The notes under the pieces are model-generated. The model did no database searches, was not told the origin of the DNA, and saw only the letters and a list, made by a program, of their open reading frames with translations. Of a DNA stretch of 64,000 nt, positions 36,608-50,281 are shown in pieces. The number at the start of each line of letters is the position of its first letter. Position 1 is the first letter of the stretch. The DNA is from Hypanus sabinus (Eukaryota): contig NC_082734.1 of assembly GCF_030144855.1 (NCBI RefSeq), forward strand, positions 14,322,001-14,386,000, given 5' to 3'. A program made the position numbers and the translations under genes.

Positions 36608-38115
36608 TTAGACCACCAGACATAGGAGGAGCAGAATAAGGCCACTTGGCCGACCGCCTGCTCTACCCTTCCATCATGGCTGATTTATTATCCCTCTTAA
36701 CCCCATTCTCCTGTCTTTTCCCTGTAACCTTTGACGCCCTGATCAACCTCTGCTTTAAACATACCCAATAACTTGACTTCCACAGCCGTCTGTGGCAACA
36801 AATTCTGTCTCCATCGCTGGAGCAATGAATTCCACAGATTCACCACCTTCTAGCTAAAGAAATTCCTTCTCTTTTCTGTTCTTAATGGATATCCCTCTAT
36901 TCTGACATCCCCTGGTCCTAGACTCACCCACTATAGGAAACATCCTCTCTATATCCACTCTGTCTAGGACTTTCTATTTTTGATAGGTTTCAATGAGATC
37001 CCCCCCACTCTTTCCTTTAAACCCCAGCAAGTACAGGCCCAGAGTTATCAAAGCATCTCCTACATTAACCCTTTCATTCCCAGAGTCATTCTCATGAACC
37101 TCCTCTGGACCCTCTCCAATGCCACTACATTGTCTCTTAGGTAAGAGGCCCAAAACTGCTCACAGTACTTCATGTGCAGTCTGACCAATACCTTATAAAG
37201 CCTCAGTAGTACATCCTTGCTCTTTATACTAGTCCTCTTGAAATGATTACTAACATTGCATATGCCTTCCTTACCACTGACAAGTTAATCTTTAGGGAAT
37301 CCTGTTCGAGAACTCCTGTCCCTTTGCACCTCTGAATTTTGAATTTTTTGCACCATTTAAGAAATAACCCATGCATTTATTCCTTTTACCAAAGTGCATG
37401 ACCGTACACTTCCCTACACTATATTACAACTGCCACTGCTTTTCCCATTCTCCCAATCCATCCAGGTCCTTCTGCAGATTCCCTGCATCCTTAACACTAC
37501 CTGCCCCTCCACCCATCTTTATGTCATCTGCAGACTTGTTGACATGACCATCATTGCACCATCCAAATTGTTGACATATAATGTGAAAAGAAGTGTTCCC
37601 AATATTGACCCCTGTGGAACACCACTTGTCAACAGAATGGGCCTCCTTTATTCCTACTCTTTGCCTCTTGCCAATCGGCCAATTTTCTATCCATGCTTGT
37701 ATCTGTCCTTTAATATCATGGGCTCTTAACTTGTTAAGCAGACTCGTGTGTGGCACCTTGTCAAAGGTTTTCTGAAAATCCAAGTAAACAATGTCCACTG
37801 ACTCTCCTGCCTGTTACTGCCTCAAATAACTCCATCAGATATGTCAGGCAAGATTTTCCCTTAAAGAAACCCTGCTAACTTTAGGCCTATTTTATCATGT
37901 TCCTCCAAGTATCCTGAAACCTTTTCCTTAATAATGGATTCTAACATCTTCCTGACCACTAAAATCGGACTCACTGGCCTATAATTTTCTTTCTTCTGCC
38001 TGTCTCCCTTCATAAAGAGTGGAGTGACATTTGCAATTTTCCAGTCCTCCAAAAATAATGACTTTTGGAAGATTACCACTAATATCTCTACAATCTCTTC
38101 AGCTACCTCTTTTGT
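36608..38115 (-). mobile_element. CR1 LINE ORF2 3' half
   Basis: EDWKIANVTPLF..NYRPVS, DIVYLDFQKTFDKVPH, SADDIKMGG RT motifs on the minus strand, with frameshifts. Confidence 0.9.
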
Positions 38116-38691
38116 CACAAAATACCAGACAATTTAAAAAAAGCAGCTTTAAGTTTTCCTTCTGAATAAATATCCTGCACTGCTTAGTTCAACACTAAGA
38201 CAGATAAGAAACTATACTTCAGGTGTCCACTAAGTTTTCTGCTAATTAGTTTTATCTCAGTTATATTTGGGTCCAGTGTCTACCAGCTTAAAAAAACGTC
38301 TTGGTTCCTGCTTTCATGAACGCTGAGCCCTGATGAAGTGTTAACGTTTCATGTTGTCCACCATCCTTCACCTCTGGATATCCCTTGGACACAAGCTTGT
38401 TGATGAAGAAAAGATCCTGGGTGTCACACTGGGCTACCAGTGAAACCGTACCCCAGCAAGAGTCAACACTTTCAATAAAGTTGGATAGATTTATTTTGAA
38501 AAGCAAAACTGTTGAACAATGCACTAAAGAAAGTTAATAAGTGAAAAATAGTAGGGATGGGAGTGCTTTGTGGGCTAGCATAAATTTGATGGGATGAAAG
38601 GTCTTTTTATGTTGTATTGGCAGTATTCTGATGTGTCTCTCTATGATTTGTTTTGCTTACTGATTTTACCTTTATAATTTATCTTTAAAAG

Positions 38692-38932
38692 GTGGCTTGA
38701 AAGTACCAATCTGAAGGTCCGTGCTCTCTGTATCCTCCCACAAAATGTGACAGGCGTGAGTGTGAAAAATGCTCCCTTTAAGAACTGCAAAGGTGACCTG
38801 CCTGGGAAGAAAAATTTCCCAAAGAAGAGTAAAGCAAGTCGAATGGGAGACACACGCAAAACGGTCAACAGGAAGAAATCAAAGCGAACAGACAAGGCAG
38901 TGAAGAAAAGCAGAAAGACCAGGGCACAATAG
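38692..38932 (+). CDS. CHADL: Chondroadherin-like protein, last coding exon (LRRCT end + basic tail)
   Basis: Acceptor tttatctttaaaag|G completes the phase-2 Arg; WLESTNLKVRALCILPQNVTGVSVKNAPFKNC + K/R-rich tail, TAG at 38930-38932; total CDS 2268 nt = 755 aa. Confidence 0.88.
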
Positions 38933-40029
38933 ACCAGTGATAGACTGCGTGAACAGAGAGTGAGGTGGAGCTGACTTACTTAAATGGTTTGGGTTTATCC
39001 CCTCACCCTTGTGCTTAGTCTGTATAACATTCCCGTCTGCTGTTTTAGGAGGGCTGCAGTTGGGATTGGAATTGGTTTACAGTGAAAAGCTTTTCTTGCA
39101 TGTTGTTCACACAGATCCATTCATTGCACAGTGCATCAAGGAAGAACAAGGTAAAACGATGCAGAATAAAGTGCAATTTAGATTTTTAAATGTAGAGCAA
39201 TTGTGTTAGAAGCAATGAGTGGATCTGTAGGAAGGAGCTTGAAATGAGCCTCCACGATCCAGTGGCATCTGTATTAAGGAGACATGAAGAATGTCTGCAA
39301 TGAAGAATTAATAGTAGTGATGATATTGATTTCTAGGCTAAGCTTCCTTCAGGTTAGGAGACGACTTGTTCTTTTAAAGCGGGAGTCACACTGCAAGTAA
39401 AATCTCTGTACACGAATTGTCCCATCATTGGATCCCATATACAGTGCCTCGGTTTTCTGGAAATGTCTTCAGGAATATTGATGATGATCTCTTTGGTTTG
39501 TAAGGAAACTGAAATCACATTTCAGAATGGAAATAACTTCAGCAAACATATTATTAACATATCCTGATTATTTGTGTTATCAAACACTATTTAGTTTATG
39601 CACTTGATGATAAAATGTTCAGGATCTTGCGTAGGCTCACTATAATTCAGAGCACTTTATTGGTTGTTAATACAAAACAATTTTTATTTTTCTACTGCAC
39701 TCCTCATTGCTTCTGCATTCATGTGGGTGGTGAGCCAGTCTGAAGGTTTGAATGAAATGATCAGTGTTCATGAATGTTAAACTTCTAGCACTCACACTTG
39801 TACTTGACCTCTGATCATTGACCTTTGCTGTTTGACCTCTGCCCACTGTGATGCCCTGTGGCCCAACCGAACTGATGGATTTGCTGTTCAGGAACCATTG
39901 ACATTGCCCTGGGAGTCTGGGACTCCATGGTATCATGCACTGATGGTAAATTATTTCTGCTGGCTTGTGTGCTCAAGATTGGGGGGTCAGCTCTAAAAAT
40001 TAGAATCGGATAATTCCGCAGCATGTTCT

Positions 40030-40530
40030 AAGTCCATGGTCCAAGCCTTCCCTGGTAATGTTCCCCAACTCTTCCTTTGCTACATTGACCACTGCATTGG
40101 TGCTGCTTCATGCATCCATGTTGAGCTTGTCAATTTCATCAACTTTGCCTCTGACTTCCACCCTGCCCTTCAATTCACTAGGTTGATTTCTGACAGCCCT
40201 CTCCCCTTTCTCAATATCTGTCACCATCTCTGGAGACAAACTGTCTACCAACACCTTTTGTATTGTAAATCTGCCGATTCCCAAAGGTATCTTGATTATA
40301 CCTCTTCCCACTCTGTCTCCTGTAAAAATGTTATTCCCTTTCTTTAGTCCCTTCGTCTCCATCGCATTTGTTCCCAGGATGACAGGAAAGGAATGACGGG
40401 TTATGGGCTGAGTGCAGGTTGGTGGGACTAGGTGAGTGTAAGCGTTCGGCACGGACTAGAAGGGCCAAGATGGCTTGTTTCCATGCTGTAATTGTTATAT
40501 GGTTATATGAGGCTTTCCTTTCCAGGACAA
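40030..40530 (+). mobile_element. Penelope-like RT fragment interrupted by a CR1 tail (~40381-40508)
   Basis: LFLCYIDHCIGAASC..LVNFINFASDFHPALQFT..LPFL..YLDYTSSH PLE RT motifs. Confidence 0.8.
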
Positions 40531-40601
40531 TCTTAATCCTAACCCTTTGTGTAGGGGTTGGTTAGGGTAAGGGTAGAAATAGGAGAGGGTTAGAGCTAGG
40601 C

Positions 40602-40829
40602 AACATCCCCTCTAATCTTTTTTTTTCACAGTTGCACAGACCAACCATTGCTCTAAGCAGGAAATTTTTACACTGCCTGAAAACTGTGCAGCACTTAAAA
40701 TGTTTTTTTATTTGTAATATGCATACTATGAATAATTAGATTGAATAGCGGTGCAGCAAAAAAGGCTAAATGTGGGGGTGCATCTCAGTTACTGCGCAGC
40801 TGCACACTTAACCACCTTAGAGGGAATAA
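40602..40829. mobile_element. hAT-type MITE
   Basis: Imperfect TIRs aacatcccctctaa...ttagagggaata. Confidence 0.5.
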
Positions 40830-43800
40830 TGGGACTAAGGTTGGGGTTAGGCTAGGTTGGATGTTAGTGTGCAGGCAGTAGGAAAATAATCCCTCTTGTG
40901 TTTATTGATCTCATTTGTTACTGGAGATTCAGTGTCAGTAGACCCTACCACTTAGATCTGGCCCATGCCTTCATTAACCTGGTCCAACAACACTTGCCTT
41001 TCTTGGAATCCATGTTTAATAATCATCTATCTTATTTTCTGGTGGCTGTTGTTTTCTATGGTCAAAAGGCTTATTTCAGTTGAATTCAGCCCAGTGTCCA
41101 TTATCTGCAGACCACCCTGATTCAAAAATCGTCCAAAATTAGTAACAAAAAAGAGTGACCAGAACTAGATCTAGTTTTAAAAATTAAAAAAGTTGGGTAG
41201 GAAGCTGCAGGATCTTTAGGAGAAAATGAAGCATATTTCCGAAGATGGATGGTGTAGAACTTGCAGAGGAATCTACAGTATATTTAGTGGCCCTTGCTAT
41301 CCTTGTCCTTATTTTATTTTAAAGGTGCTGTCAGAGTAGTCTAGTGAATGCACAGAACACAGAGCAGTTTGGGCCCTTTGACCCACAATGTTGTGTAGAC
41401 TTATTTCAACCTACTCCATAATCAGTCTAACCTTTCCCCCACGACACAGCCTATAACCCTCCATTTTCTTTCATTCATGTGCCTATTTAGTACCAGTGGT
41501 ATGTTTTGTACAAGCGGCAGCCAATGGGCATGAGTGTTAGGGGAAATGACCAATCAGGCTGGCAGATGAGGTGCCAGCCAAAAGATGGTCAGGCTTGGCA
41601 TTCCAACGGTGAGCTCTTGGAGAAGGAGTGGTTGATTTCCAACAACTGATACCACCTTCCTTCCTGTAAAATGTGACCTCAGCCACCTTATAGTATTTTC
41701 TCCTTAAGCCTCGTGGAAAGGTTCTCCCTGCAAATGCCAGTCTATCCTAGACTCAGATAACAAAAATAATTTGTATTTATACAAAACTTATAAGATAGTG
41801 AGACTCCAAAGGTGTTTTCCTGGTGCATAAGCAGGGAAATTTTGACTGAGTAACACAAAGGGAAATTTGATAGGATTTGAAGCTGTCTTAAAGAATGGGA
41901 TAAAGGTGGAAAATCAGACAAAATGCAGACACTATATGTGTCTTTTGCAAGTATGGAGTGTTCCAGGGAGCTCCACGGCCAATGAATGATTTTTGAAATG
42001 TAACTACTGTGGTGATGGAAAGAGGTGTGCAAGTTAAGAGAAGTGATTCCAAAAATAATATTTATTCTGACCTCTTTACATTAGCTCTCAGCACATCCCC
42101 TTCCTTCAGATGTCTGCTTCATGCAGGTTCGGAAACAGCTGGGAGTTCAGGCTAACTAAAAGCAATTAATACTGGGTTGGGATCTGAAACGTATGAACTG
42201 TAGGCCTGGAAGAAGTTATGGAAACAGGGAGGGGCAAAGGTCTGAAAGGATTTGAAAACAGGGATGAAGCTTTTAAGCTGAAACATCTCAGGATCTTTCC
42301 CTGTTTTATGAGACCTGATCTGCACTGGGTCAAAACCTCTGGTGATGCAATGGGGAATTAGTGAAGGAGAGTTCCTGCTAAATTTCCTGCTGTAGTTAGG
42401 AAGAGTTCCTGTCTTCTGCTGAATGGAGGTTTGGTTGTGTTTGCCTGTCTCTTTCTTTGACTGTAAACATGTGTGTTTTGTGTCAGTGTGTTTATTGGTG
42501 TGTTCTTACTGGGTGTGTTGCATGTTTATGTTCACAATTAATGTGTGCATGTTTACATCCATATATGTACCTTTGTGTGCATCTGTGGGGGTGGGAGCAC
42601 CTACATTGATGCCCTTCACATACACTTACACAAACACACATGCGCAGTATGTCCCTCTGTACAGTTCCTCCCACAGCAAACTTGCCGCTTCTTTAGCGTT
42701 TGTCTGGTTTACGAGGCCGAGTTGCTAGGTCGAAGCTCAACCCAGCGTGGGTGGAACTCATGTAAGCGAACTGGCCAGATGCGAACCTGGGACCTCTCTT
42801 TCTGAAGTCTGGGTGTGGATACCACTACACCACCAGCTCAGGCCCTCAGTACAGAGCCAGTCCATTTCAGGTGGGGGAAGGATATTAGACAGGGAGATCA
42901 ATAAACTCGATCAGGGTTAGATGAGCAGCAACAGTTTGATCTCTACAATATTTGTTAAAGTACATGAACAGTGCTCTGGATAATTTAGAGGACCATTTAC
43001 TTTAATACTTTAGTTCTTTAGTTGTAAAAGTATTGGATGTGGGGTAAGTTATTTTACTGGGATGGAGAAGTTGGAGACATATGGTGATGTGCTGAAGTCC
43101 AGGAATTGACCCAAACCAAACTGGTGACGCAGTTCACCTCCAGATTCTACAGCCCAGAAACTCAATCCTGATCTGAAGTGGGAGAGTTCTCCATCTCTTT
43201 AAACATTTGATCTCTCCACCCCACCCCATCCCTTTTGCTTTCTCGTTCCCTGCATCCTCCAACGTTATGAAATCTCTGCCTTCCCTTGGCTTTGGTGGCC
43301 ATCAAGCTGAAACGTTAACACAGTTTTTGTTTCCACTGACACTACCTGTCCCATTATCTCCAGCACTGCATAAACACAAGCAATTCTGCAGATCCTGGAA
43401 ATCTTGAGCAACACTCACAAAATGGTGGAGGAACTCAGCAAATCGGGCAGCATCTATGGAGGGAAGTAAACAGTTGACATTTTGGGTATTCTGTGCATGT
43501 AAGTCCAGCAATGTCTTCCTTTGTTTCAGATTTCCAACATCTGCAGTATTTTATCTTTAGAGCAAATGGGGAGTGATTTTTTTAAATATCCCAAGAGTTG
43601 AATTTATTTTTATTTAGTGGCTACTGTAATAGTTATTAATATACACAAAATAAAATTGCTTGATATATTTCACATCCTTTTATTTGCTATATATATTTCC
43701 TTGCTTTCTTTTAGTTTATTGTTCATAATTCTCTTTGCTTAGTGGAAAGAGGCATTGATATAACATCGAACAACATCATGGTCTGAACTAGTTTAAAATC

Positions 43801-45120
43801 TGCTGCCCCTCTGAATCAGATTGTATGTACCTCTAGCGACACACACGCAAATGCTGGAGGAACTCAGCAGGTCAGGCAGTAGCTATGGAAAAGAATAAAC
43901 AGGGCCAGCACCCTTCTTCAGGATTGAGAAGAGGGGCAAGGGTCTCAGTACAAAACTTCCCCCTTCCTTCTCAGTGCTGAAGAAGGGTTTTGACCTGAAA
44001 TGGCAACTGTTTATGCCCATCAATAGATGCTGCCTGACCTGCTGTGCTCCTCCAGCACATTATGTGTATTGCTCTAGATTTCCAGCATCTCCTGCGTCTA
44101 CTGGAGGTGTCTGTTATACTTGTCATATTCACTCATGACCAGCAGATGGTGGGAGAGAGCAACCCATAAATTGTGACAATATTAATGGACACTTACAGCT
44201 CAGAAACAGGCCCTTCAGCCCACAAAGTACATGCTATCCTTCAACAACTCATTTACTCATACTATTATTCCCACACTTCAGTCAACTCCTGCAGTATTCA
44301 ACCACTCACCTATACGCCAAGTGGCCTGTTGACAACTCTCACACTTCTGGGATTTGGAGAAGAAAACGGAGCTCCAAGGGAAACCCATGAGGTCACAGCG
44401 GAAAAGTGCAAACACAGACAGCACCAAAAGTCAGGATTGAATCTAGGTTGCTAAAGCGGTGAGACAGAAGTTCATCACCCAAGTCCCAGGATGTGCCCTC
44501 TTCTCACTGCTACCATCAGGAAGGAGGTACAGAAGCCTGAAGGCTCACAGGAACAGCTTCTTCCCTTCTGCCATCCAATTTCTGAATGAACATTGAACCC
44601 ATGAACATATATAATATGTATGTATATCCTATAAAAAGTAATCACTCTTCCCCGGACGATTTCACATTTTATTGTTTTACAACATTGAAACCCAATGGAT
44701 TTAATTTGGCTTTTTGATCCTGATCAACAGAAAAAGACTCTTTCATGTTAAAGTGAAAACAGATCTCTATGAAGTGATCTAAATTAATTATAGATATAAA
44801 ACACAAAATAATCGATTGCTTGAGTATTCACCCCCCTCATATGACACACCAAATCGTCACTGGTGTAGCCAATTGGCTTTAGAAGTTACATAATTAGTTA
44901 AATGGAGATCACCATGTGCAGTTAAGGTGTTTCAATTGATTGTAGTTAAAATACACCTGTATCTGGAAGATCCAACTGCTGGTGTGTCAGTATCCTGGCA
45001 AAAACTACACCATGAAGACAAAAGAAAAACTTTGTGAAAAGGTTATTGAAAAGCACAAGTCAGGAGGTGGATAAAAGAAAATTTCCAAGTCACTTAATAT
45101 CCCTTGGAGTACAGTTAAGT

Positions 45121-45962
45121 GTCAAAATGTTTATTGTGATACGTCTAGTGTGGTAGTATAGTGAGTAATGGTTGTTGCTCTCAGATTCAGCTTCCACCGC
45201 TGACTAGCAGTCTTGCAAAAAAGAGAGCTGAATGTGTAATGCTCTCCCTGCCAATATATTGCCTCTCCAACAGCAAACCTCATGTACTGCTTCCTCGCTG
45301 GCAACACATGGAAACTGAACTCCATTCAGACAGGATGAACTACAGAGGATGGGGAGGAGGTCTATCCCCTGCACACTTAGCACATAGGCCCACTGGCATG
45401 TGGACACCCTGGTGCTTGTGAACCAAATCCTTAGCTAGGGGTAAATAGCCCTGATGCACCATCAATAACTCACTCTGAGACGTAAAGGCGAGATATCCGC
45501 TTTTATTGACTGGAAGAAGGAACAAGCAGTGAGTGACCACCATACTACATCCTGGAGACTGAGAGGCCGGGCTCAGGCCTCGAGCGCCTTTATACAGGGG
45601 TCTGTGGGAGGTGCCACAGGAGCAGTCAGCAGGGGGCGTGTCCAGACAGGTATATGTAGTTCACCACAACACCACTGCCTTGTGGACAACCTTGGGAGAG
45701 ACAAAGTCTACAGGAGTAAACCCAGACAACAAATCCGGAGTGGAGCCCCTAAGGCAGCTGGACATCTAACGTCCTTTTGGAGCTGCTGCAGCCAAGCTGG
45801 TACCAAATGTATTGCTTCAGAAGCTTTCCTTTGGACTACACCAGTGAGGCCAAGAAGGGGATCCTGACGACTGGGTAGCTCAGGATCTCCATACCTTCTG
45901 CCCAGGCTTATGATAATGATCATCATCACGCATTGTCCTTTGAGACAGATGAATACCAGTGA
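45121..45962 (+). mobile_element. RTE-related non-autonomous element inserted in Tc1, 10-bp TSD ACAGTTAAGT
   Basis: TSD at 45111-45120 and 45963-45972 splits the transposase HTH region. Confidence 0.85.
45452..45668 (-). mobile_element. Solo LTR (subfamily A-like), no perfect TSD
   Basis: Homologous to the full-length LTR including cttccagtcaataaaa; flanks AGCCC/ACACC do not match. Confidence 0.9.
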
Positions 45963-46548
45963 ACAGTTAAGTCAATCATTAAGAAATGGAAAGAATATGG
46001 CACAGCTGTAAATCTGCCTAGAGCAGGCCATCCTCAAAAATGAGTGACCGTGCAAGATGTGGGCTGAGATGGGGGAGACTGTGTAAACAACAACTGATGC
46101 CTCGGTGCTTCACCACACACTGCTTTGTGGGGGACTGCCAAAGAAATAGTTACAGTTGAAAAAAAAGACTGACATGAAATCTTGACTAGAGTTTGCCAGA
46201 AGGCATATGGGAGATTCTGAAGTCAGCTGGAAGAAGGCTCTATGGTCTGATGAAACCAAAAGTGAGCTTTTTGGACATCAGACTAAAAGCTATGTTTAGC
46301 CTAAGCCAAACACCGCACATCATCAAAAACACAACATCCTTACAATTGAAAGGTAGCGGGCAAAATTATTGCAGCAAAATACAGGGAAATCCTGGAGGAA
46401 AACCTGATGCAGTCTGCAAGACAACTGTGACTTGGGAGAAGATTTGTTTTCCAGCAAGACAGTGACCCCAAACATAAAGCCAAAGCTACACAGGATTTGC
46501 TTAAAAACAAAGTTAATGTCATGGAGTGGCCAAGTCAGAGTCAAGACT

Positions 46549-46762
46549 TGATGCACCATCAATAACTCACACTGAGACGTAAGGCGAGATATCGGCTTTT
46601 ATTGACTGGAAGAAGGAACCAGGAGTGAGTGTCCATCATACTATGACCTGGAGACTGAGGCCGAGCGTCAGGCCTCAGATCGCCTTTATACAGGGGCCTG
46701 TGGGAGGAGCCACAGGAGCAGTCAGCAGGGGGCGTGTCCAGACAGGCACATAGTTCACCACA
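46549..46762 (-). mobile_element. Solo LTR (subfamily A), TSD AGACT
   Basis: Close to the full-length LTR; AGACT at 46544-46548 and 46763-46767; interrupts the Tc1 SPDLNPIE-type motif. Confidence 0.95.
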
Positions 46763-48782
46763 AGACTTTAATCCAAATGAGAATTTGTGGCTCAACTTGA
46801 AAAGGTCTGTTCACTCACAATCCCCATGCAGTATTACAGAGCTTGAATAGTTTTGTACATACACATAGGAGAGAGAGAGTAAAAGAAAGAGAACTGTGAA
46901 TTACTGTATGTACATATATATTTACTGTAATTCAGTTTTTTTCTTTCTATTATCACGTATTGCATTGTACTGCTGCGGCAAAGTTATCAAATTTTCCAAT
47001 GTATGCCAGTGATATTAAACCTGATTCTGATACTGGCTGGCTTCTGTGACAAATTCAGCCAACTGAAACTTGGATGTCAGTTCCCTCTCTATTCTGGAGG
47101 GAACATTTCCCTGCACCACAAGGCACTCCAACAAACCGGGAATTAACATCTAGTAGTCACAAAGATGCAAATTTATTGCATTTGAAAATAAGCTCTGGTG
47201 ATTAACCAAGTTTGTCAGGGTTGGAGACAAATCTGTAGGTATTGCAGTTTTATTGGCATACTCATGATTTGAAAAATCATTTACTTCTAGCACTCACACA
47301 CCATACAGGAAAGTCCAGACCATTCACAGCTGGATTTAATCTTCCCGAGTGAACCAAGAGCATTGCAGATTGTTTCCTGCCCAATCCCAGCTGCAGGCTG
47401 GGATCAAAGCAGAAGTTCTGGACTTTCGTTGTCACTTGAAGAATCTCTCTACTGCCAGCTATGCTGCTGGCATTTAGGGCAGCAGTGAAGGTCCTCCATT
47501 TCTAACAGTATCCAGAGCTTCCTTCATTGTGTCAGTAGCTTGGTTCTCACTACTGTCGGTCATGCAAGTTCCGGTGGAGACTCAGGAATACCGTCACACT
47601 CAGATGTAGAAGGATTCTTCATTGCTGTTTCCACAGCAGTTTTATTTTACCAGTCAGGGTTGTTAGCCCTGAGCTGAACCCCCAAACCTGGAGGACAGGT
47701 GGACCACTCAGTCTGGCCTTTACCCCTTGACCTGTTTGGCATAGTGACCTTACCAAGTGCCAAAACATAAAGCCCTGACTCCAGCAAACATAGCTCACTG
47801 GGTTATCGAGGCACACAAGCCTCCAAACCACAAAAAGGTTGAGGTCCTCTTGGAGGCACTTGAAGAATGACACAAGACAAGTGTTCAAATTTAGGGCTGT
47901 TACTTTTGTTTTAAAGGGGTTTCCTTAATTTTTTTCAATGCACTGAGCAAGAAGATTCCAAATTTGGGGCTCTGAACAAATAGCAGGTGAGTGGGAGTTG
48001 ATCTGTACTGGCAATGAGTGATATCTGTGTGGAGTTTGTACATTCTTCCAGTGGCTGTTTGGACTTCCTCTCACATCCCAAAGATGAGCAGATTATTTGT
48101 CCACTGTACACTGCCCCTAGTGTGTGGACATGGCAGAATCTTGGGGGAAGTGGTGTTAGATCCTGATGTTTTTGCAAACCAGATGTTCTTAGGAAGTAAC
48201 GAGTGAGACATAAATCTTGTTGCTTATGGCCGTTTTGTTAAGTGTTAGCAGAATGAGGAACAAAGAAAAGACAAAGCAAAGGAAGAGGTGGTTATCTTGT
48301 ACTCAAACTAGAGATAAACTCAATTCCACTGGTAAGAATTAACATATAAAATAACCAGATTCAAGGGTCAAGACACCTGCTGCAGAAAAACTGAGAAGCT
48401 TCTCAAAAGATACAAAAGCAATTGTACTAATTACTGGAAAATTCCCTGAATATTATACACATATAATATGTATATAAAAATAAAAGCAAGCATAGGACAG
48501 TTAATGTTATGTTTTGTAACTTCAAAACATTAATCTAATTCAAAGGAAGACACGGGAGTCTGAAATGTGGGTCTAACCTTGCCTTTACTTTAAGCGAGAC
48601 ATGCATATATGATGACGTATGCAATTAACTTATTTTTATAACCCAAATTAAGTGAACGAGAATACTGAAACGATATATACAAGATTACACAAATATTATT
48701 GAAACATTAAATACACAACAGTTAAACTACTAGAAAAATAACAATTCTACACCCTAAACCAAGAGAAGAGTTAATGAGCAAC

Positions 48783-48990
48783 AAACGCAAAATGCTGGAG
48801 TAACTCAGCAGGCCAGGCAGCATCTATGGAAAAGAGTACAGTCAACGTTTTAGGCTGAGGACTGCTGAAGGGTTTCAGCCCGAAACATTGACGGTACTCT
48901 TTTCCATAGATGCTGCCTGGCTTGCTGAGTTCCTCCAGCATTTTGCATGTATTGCTTAGATTTTCAGCATCTGCAGATTTTCTCCTCTTT
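48783..48990. mobile_element. Penelope pLTR-derived palindromic repeat (similar at ~43843-44090, ~59260-59410, ~59960-60145, ~58330-58440)
   Basis: aaaatgctggag.aactcagcaggccaggcagcatctatggaaaagag.. arms in inverted orientation; same terminal sequence as the PLE at 8935. Confidence 0.75.
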
Positions 48991-49798
48991 GTAGGAGGAG
49001 TTAATGAGAAGATTAATGGCAGATTAGATGGGGGAAATTTAGTGAGGAATAGGCTGTTTCTGTGGACTGATAAACACTAAAATGGCCTCTTCTTCTGTTG
49101 TATGGAAATAGGAAAATTGTATCATCCTCTGCCATTCCCAGGAGGCTTTCTGTATCTTATTGTGTGAACACAGACACAACATATTAGTTTAATTGCTCTG
49201 CCATTTCCTTTCTTCCCTATTAAAATGGCTCTTGTCTCAAAGTGTAAGTACTGAACATGAACTTTCCTGTAGACCTCTTTGTTTCTTGCTGTGGAAGGAA
49301 ATGGAAGGGAGGTGAGAGAGGGGGAAGGTGAAAGAAGTAGGAATACTAAGGGAGGGGGAAAATGAAGAGTCAGGAGAATTAAGCTAGAGATGTGGGAGAA
49401 GTAAAGAGCCTCAGTAGCAAGTTTGTTTGGCGTGTTCAGAGTTCATTTGGGCATGCTTGTCAATACATATTAAACTACTGAGAGCCTGGCCTTCATCTCT
49501 TTAACCATTGGATCAAGACTTTGCTCTACTAAGACTATGTCCAATTGGTTTGTAACGTCTCCGTATTGAATGGGTCTATGCACTGGCATTATCCCTTCCT
49601 CAGGTTATCCTCGATTTTGAAAAGGAAAAACACTTCCCCTCCATATTACCTCTGATCCCTGGACAATACTTTTCTTGGATTCTTCAATGAATTTATTAGT
49701 GACAATTAAAGAAATACCTTCTTCAAATGATTTCTATCAAAGTCAATGTCACCCTACAAAGCTTGGGGCAAGGAGAATTGTTTACTAACACACTATAT

Positions 49799-50281
49799 CA
49801 TCATCATGTGCCATGCCCAGTTTGAGCTTTAACTGCCATGGCCCACACACTCCTGCTTCAGGTCAAGTGGATCAATTCTTGGTATTCATTTTCAGTTCTC
49901 TGGCTGCTGTCTCCATCATCATTTGTCTTTGCTTTCCTCTTTCTTTCTTCCGTTCAATCTTTCCCATAATTACCATGCATTTTAACTCCTCTTTCCTAAT
50001 CACAATGAAGTTGCGTTGTCTTTTCATGATCTCATACGAGAATGAAGAGTATATTAACCAACAATAAAATAGGCATGACAACCCGTCTCAGAATACTGAA
50101 ATGTTACGTTTATCCAGTTATGGTATAAGGCTCAAAATGTTGGACAATATCGAGTAACATGAGGAAACAAATTGAAGCAGCAGAGATGTGGTTTTTGTGG
50201 AGGATGCAAAGAATATCTAACGAAGTTGTCATGAACAGAACAAGCACAAAACGAGAAATAATGTATGAGATCATGAAAAGC
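49799..50281 (-). mobile_element. 5'-inverted RTE LINE insertion with 12-bp TSD
   Basis: Minus part YEIMKRQ..MGKIERKKERGKQR + (TGA)n tail; plus part RLRILKCYVYP..IEAAEMWFLWRM; TSD aacacactatat at 49787-49798 and 50282-50293. Confidence 0.85.

Larger units (their letters stand above)
44628..46856 (+). mobile_element. Decayed Tc1 transposon (IR/DR type), carrying nested insertions; right end missing
   Basis: Left end cctataaaaagta.tcac with inner DR gagtattcacccc; ATG 45012 MKTKE..VIEKHKSG..KISKSLNIPWSTVKS|[33 protein letters not shown]|NPNENLW. Confidence 0.9.
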
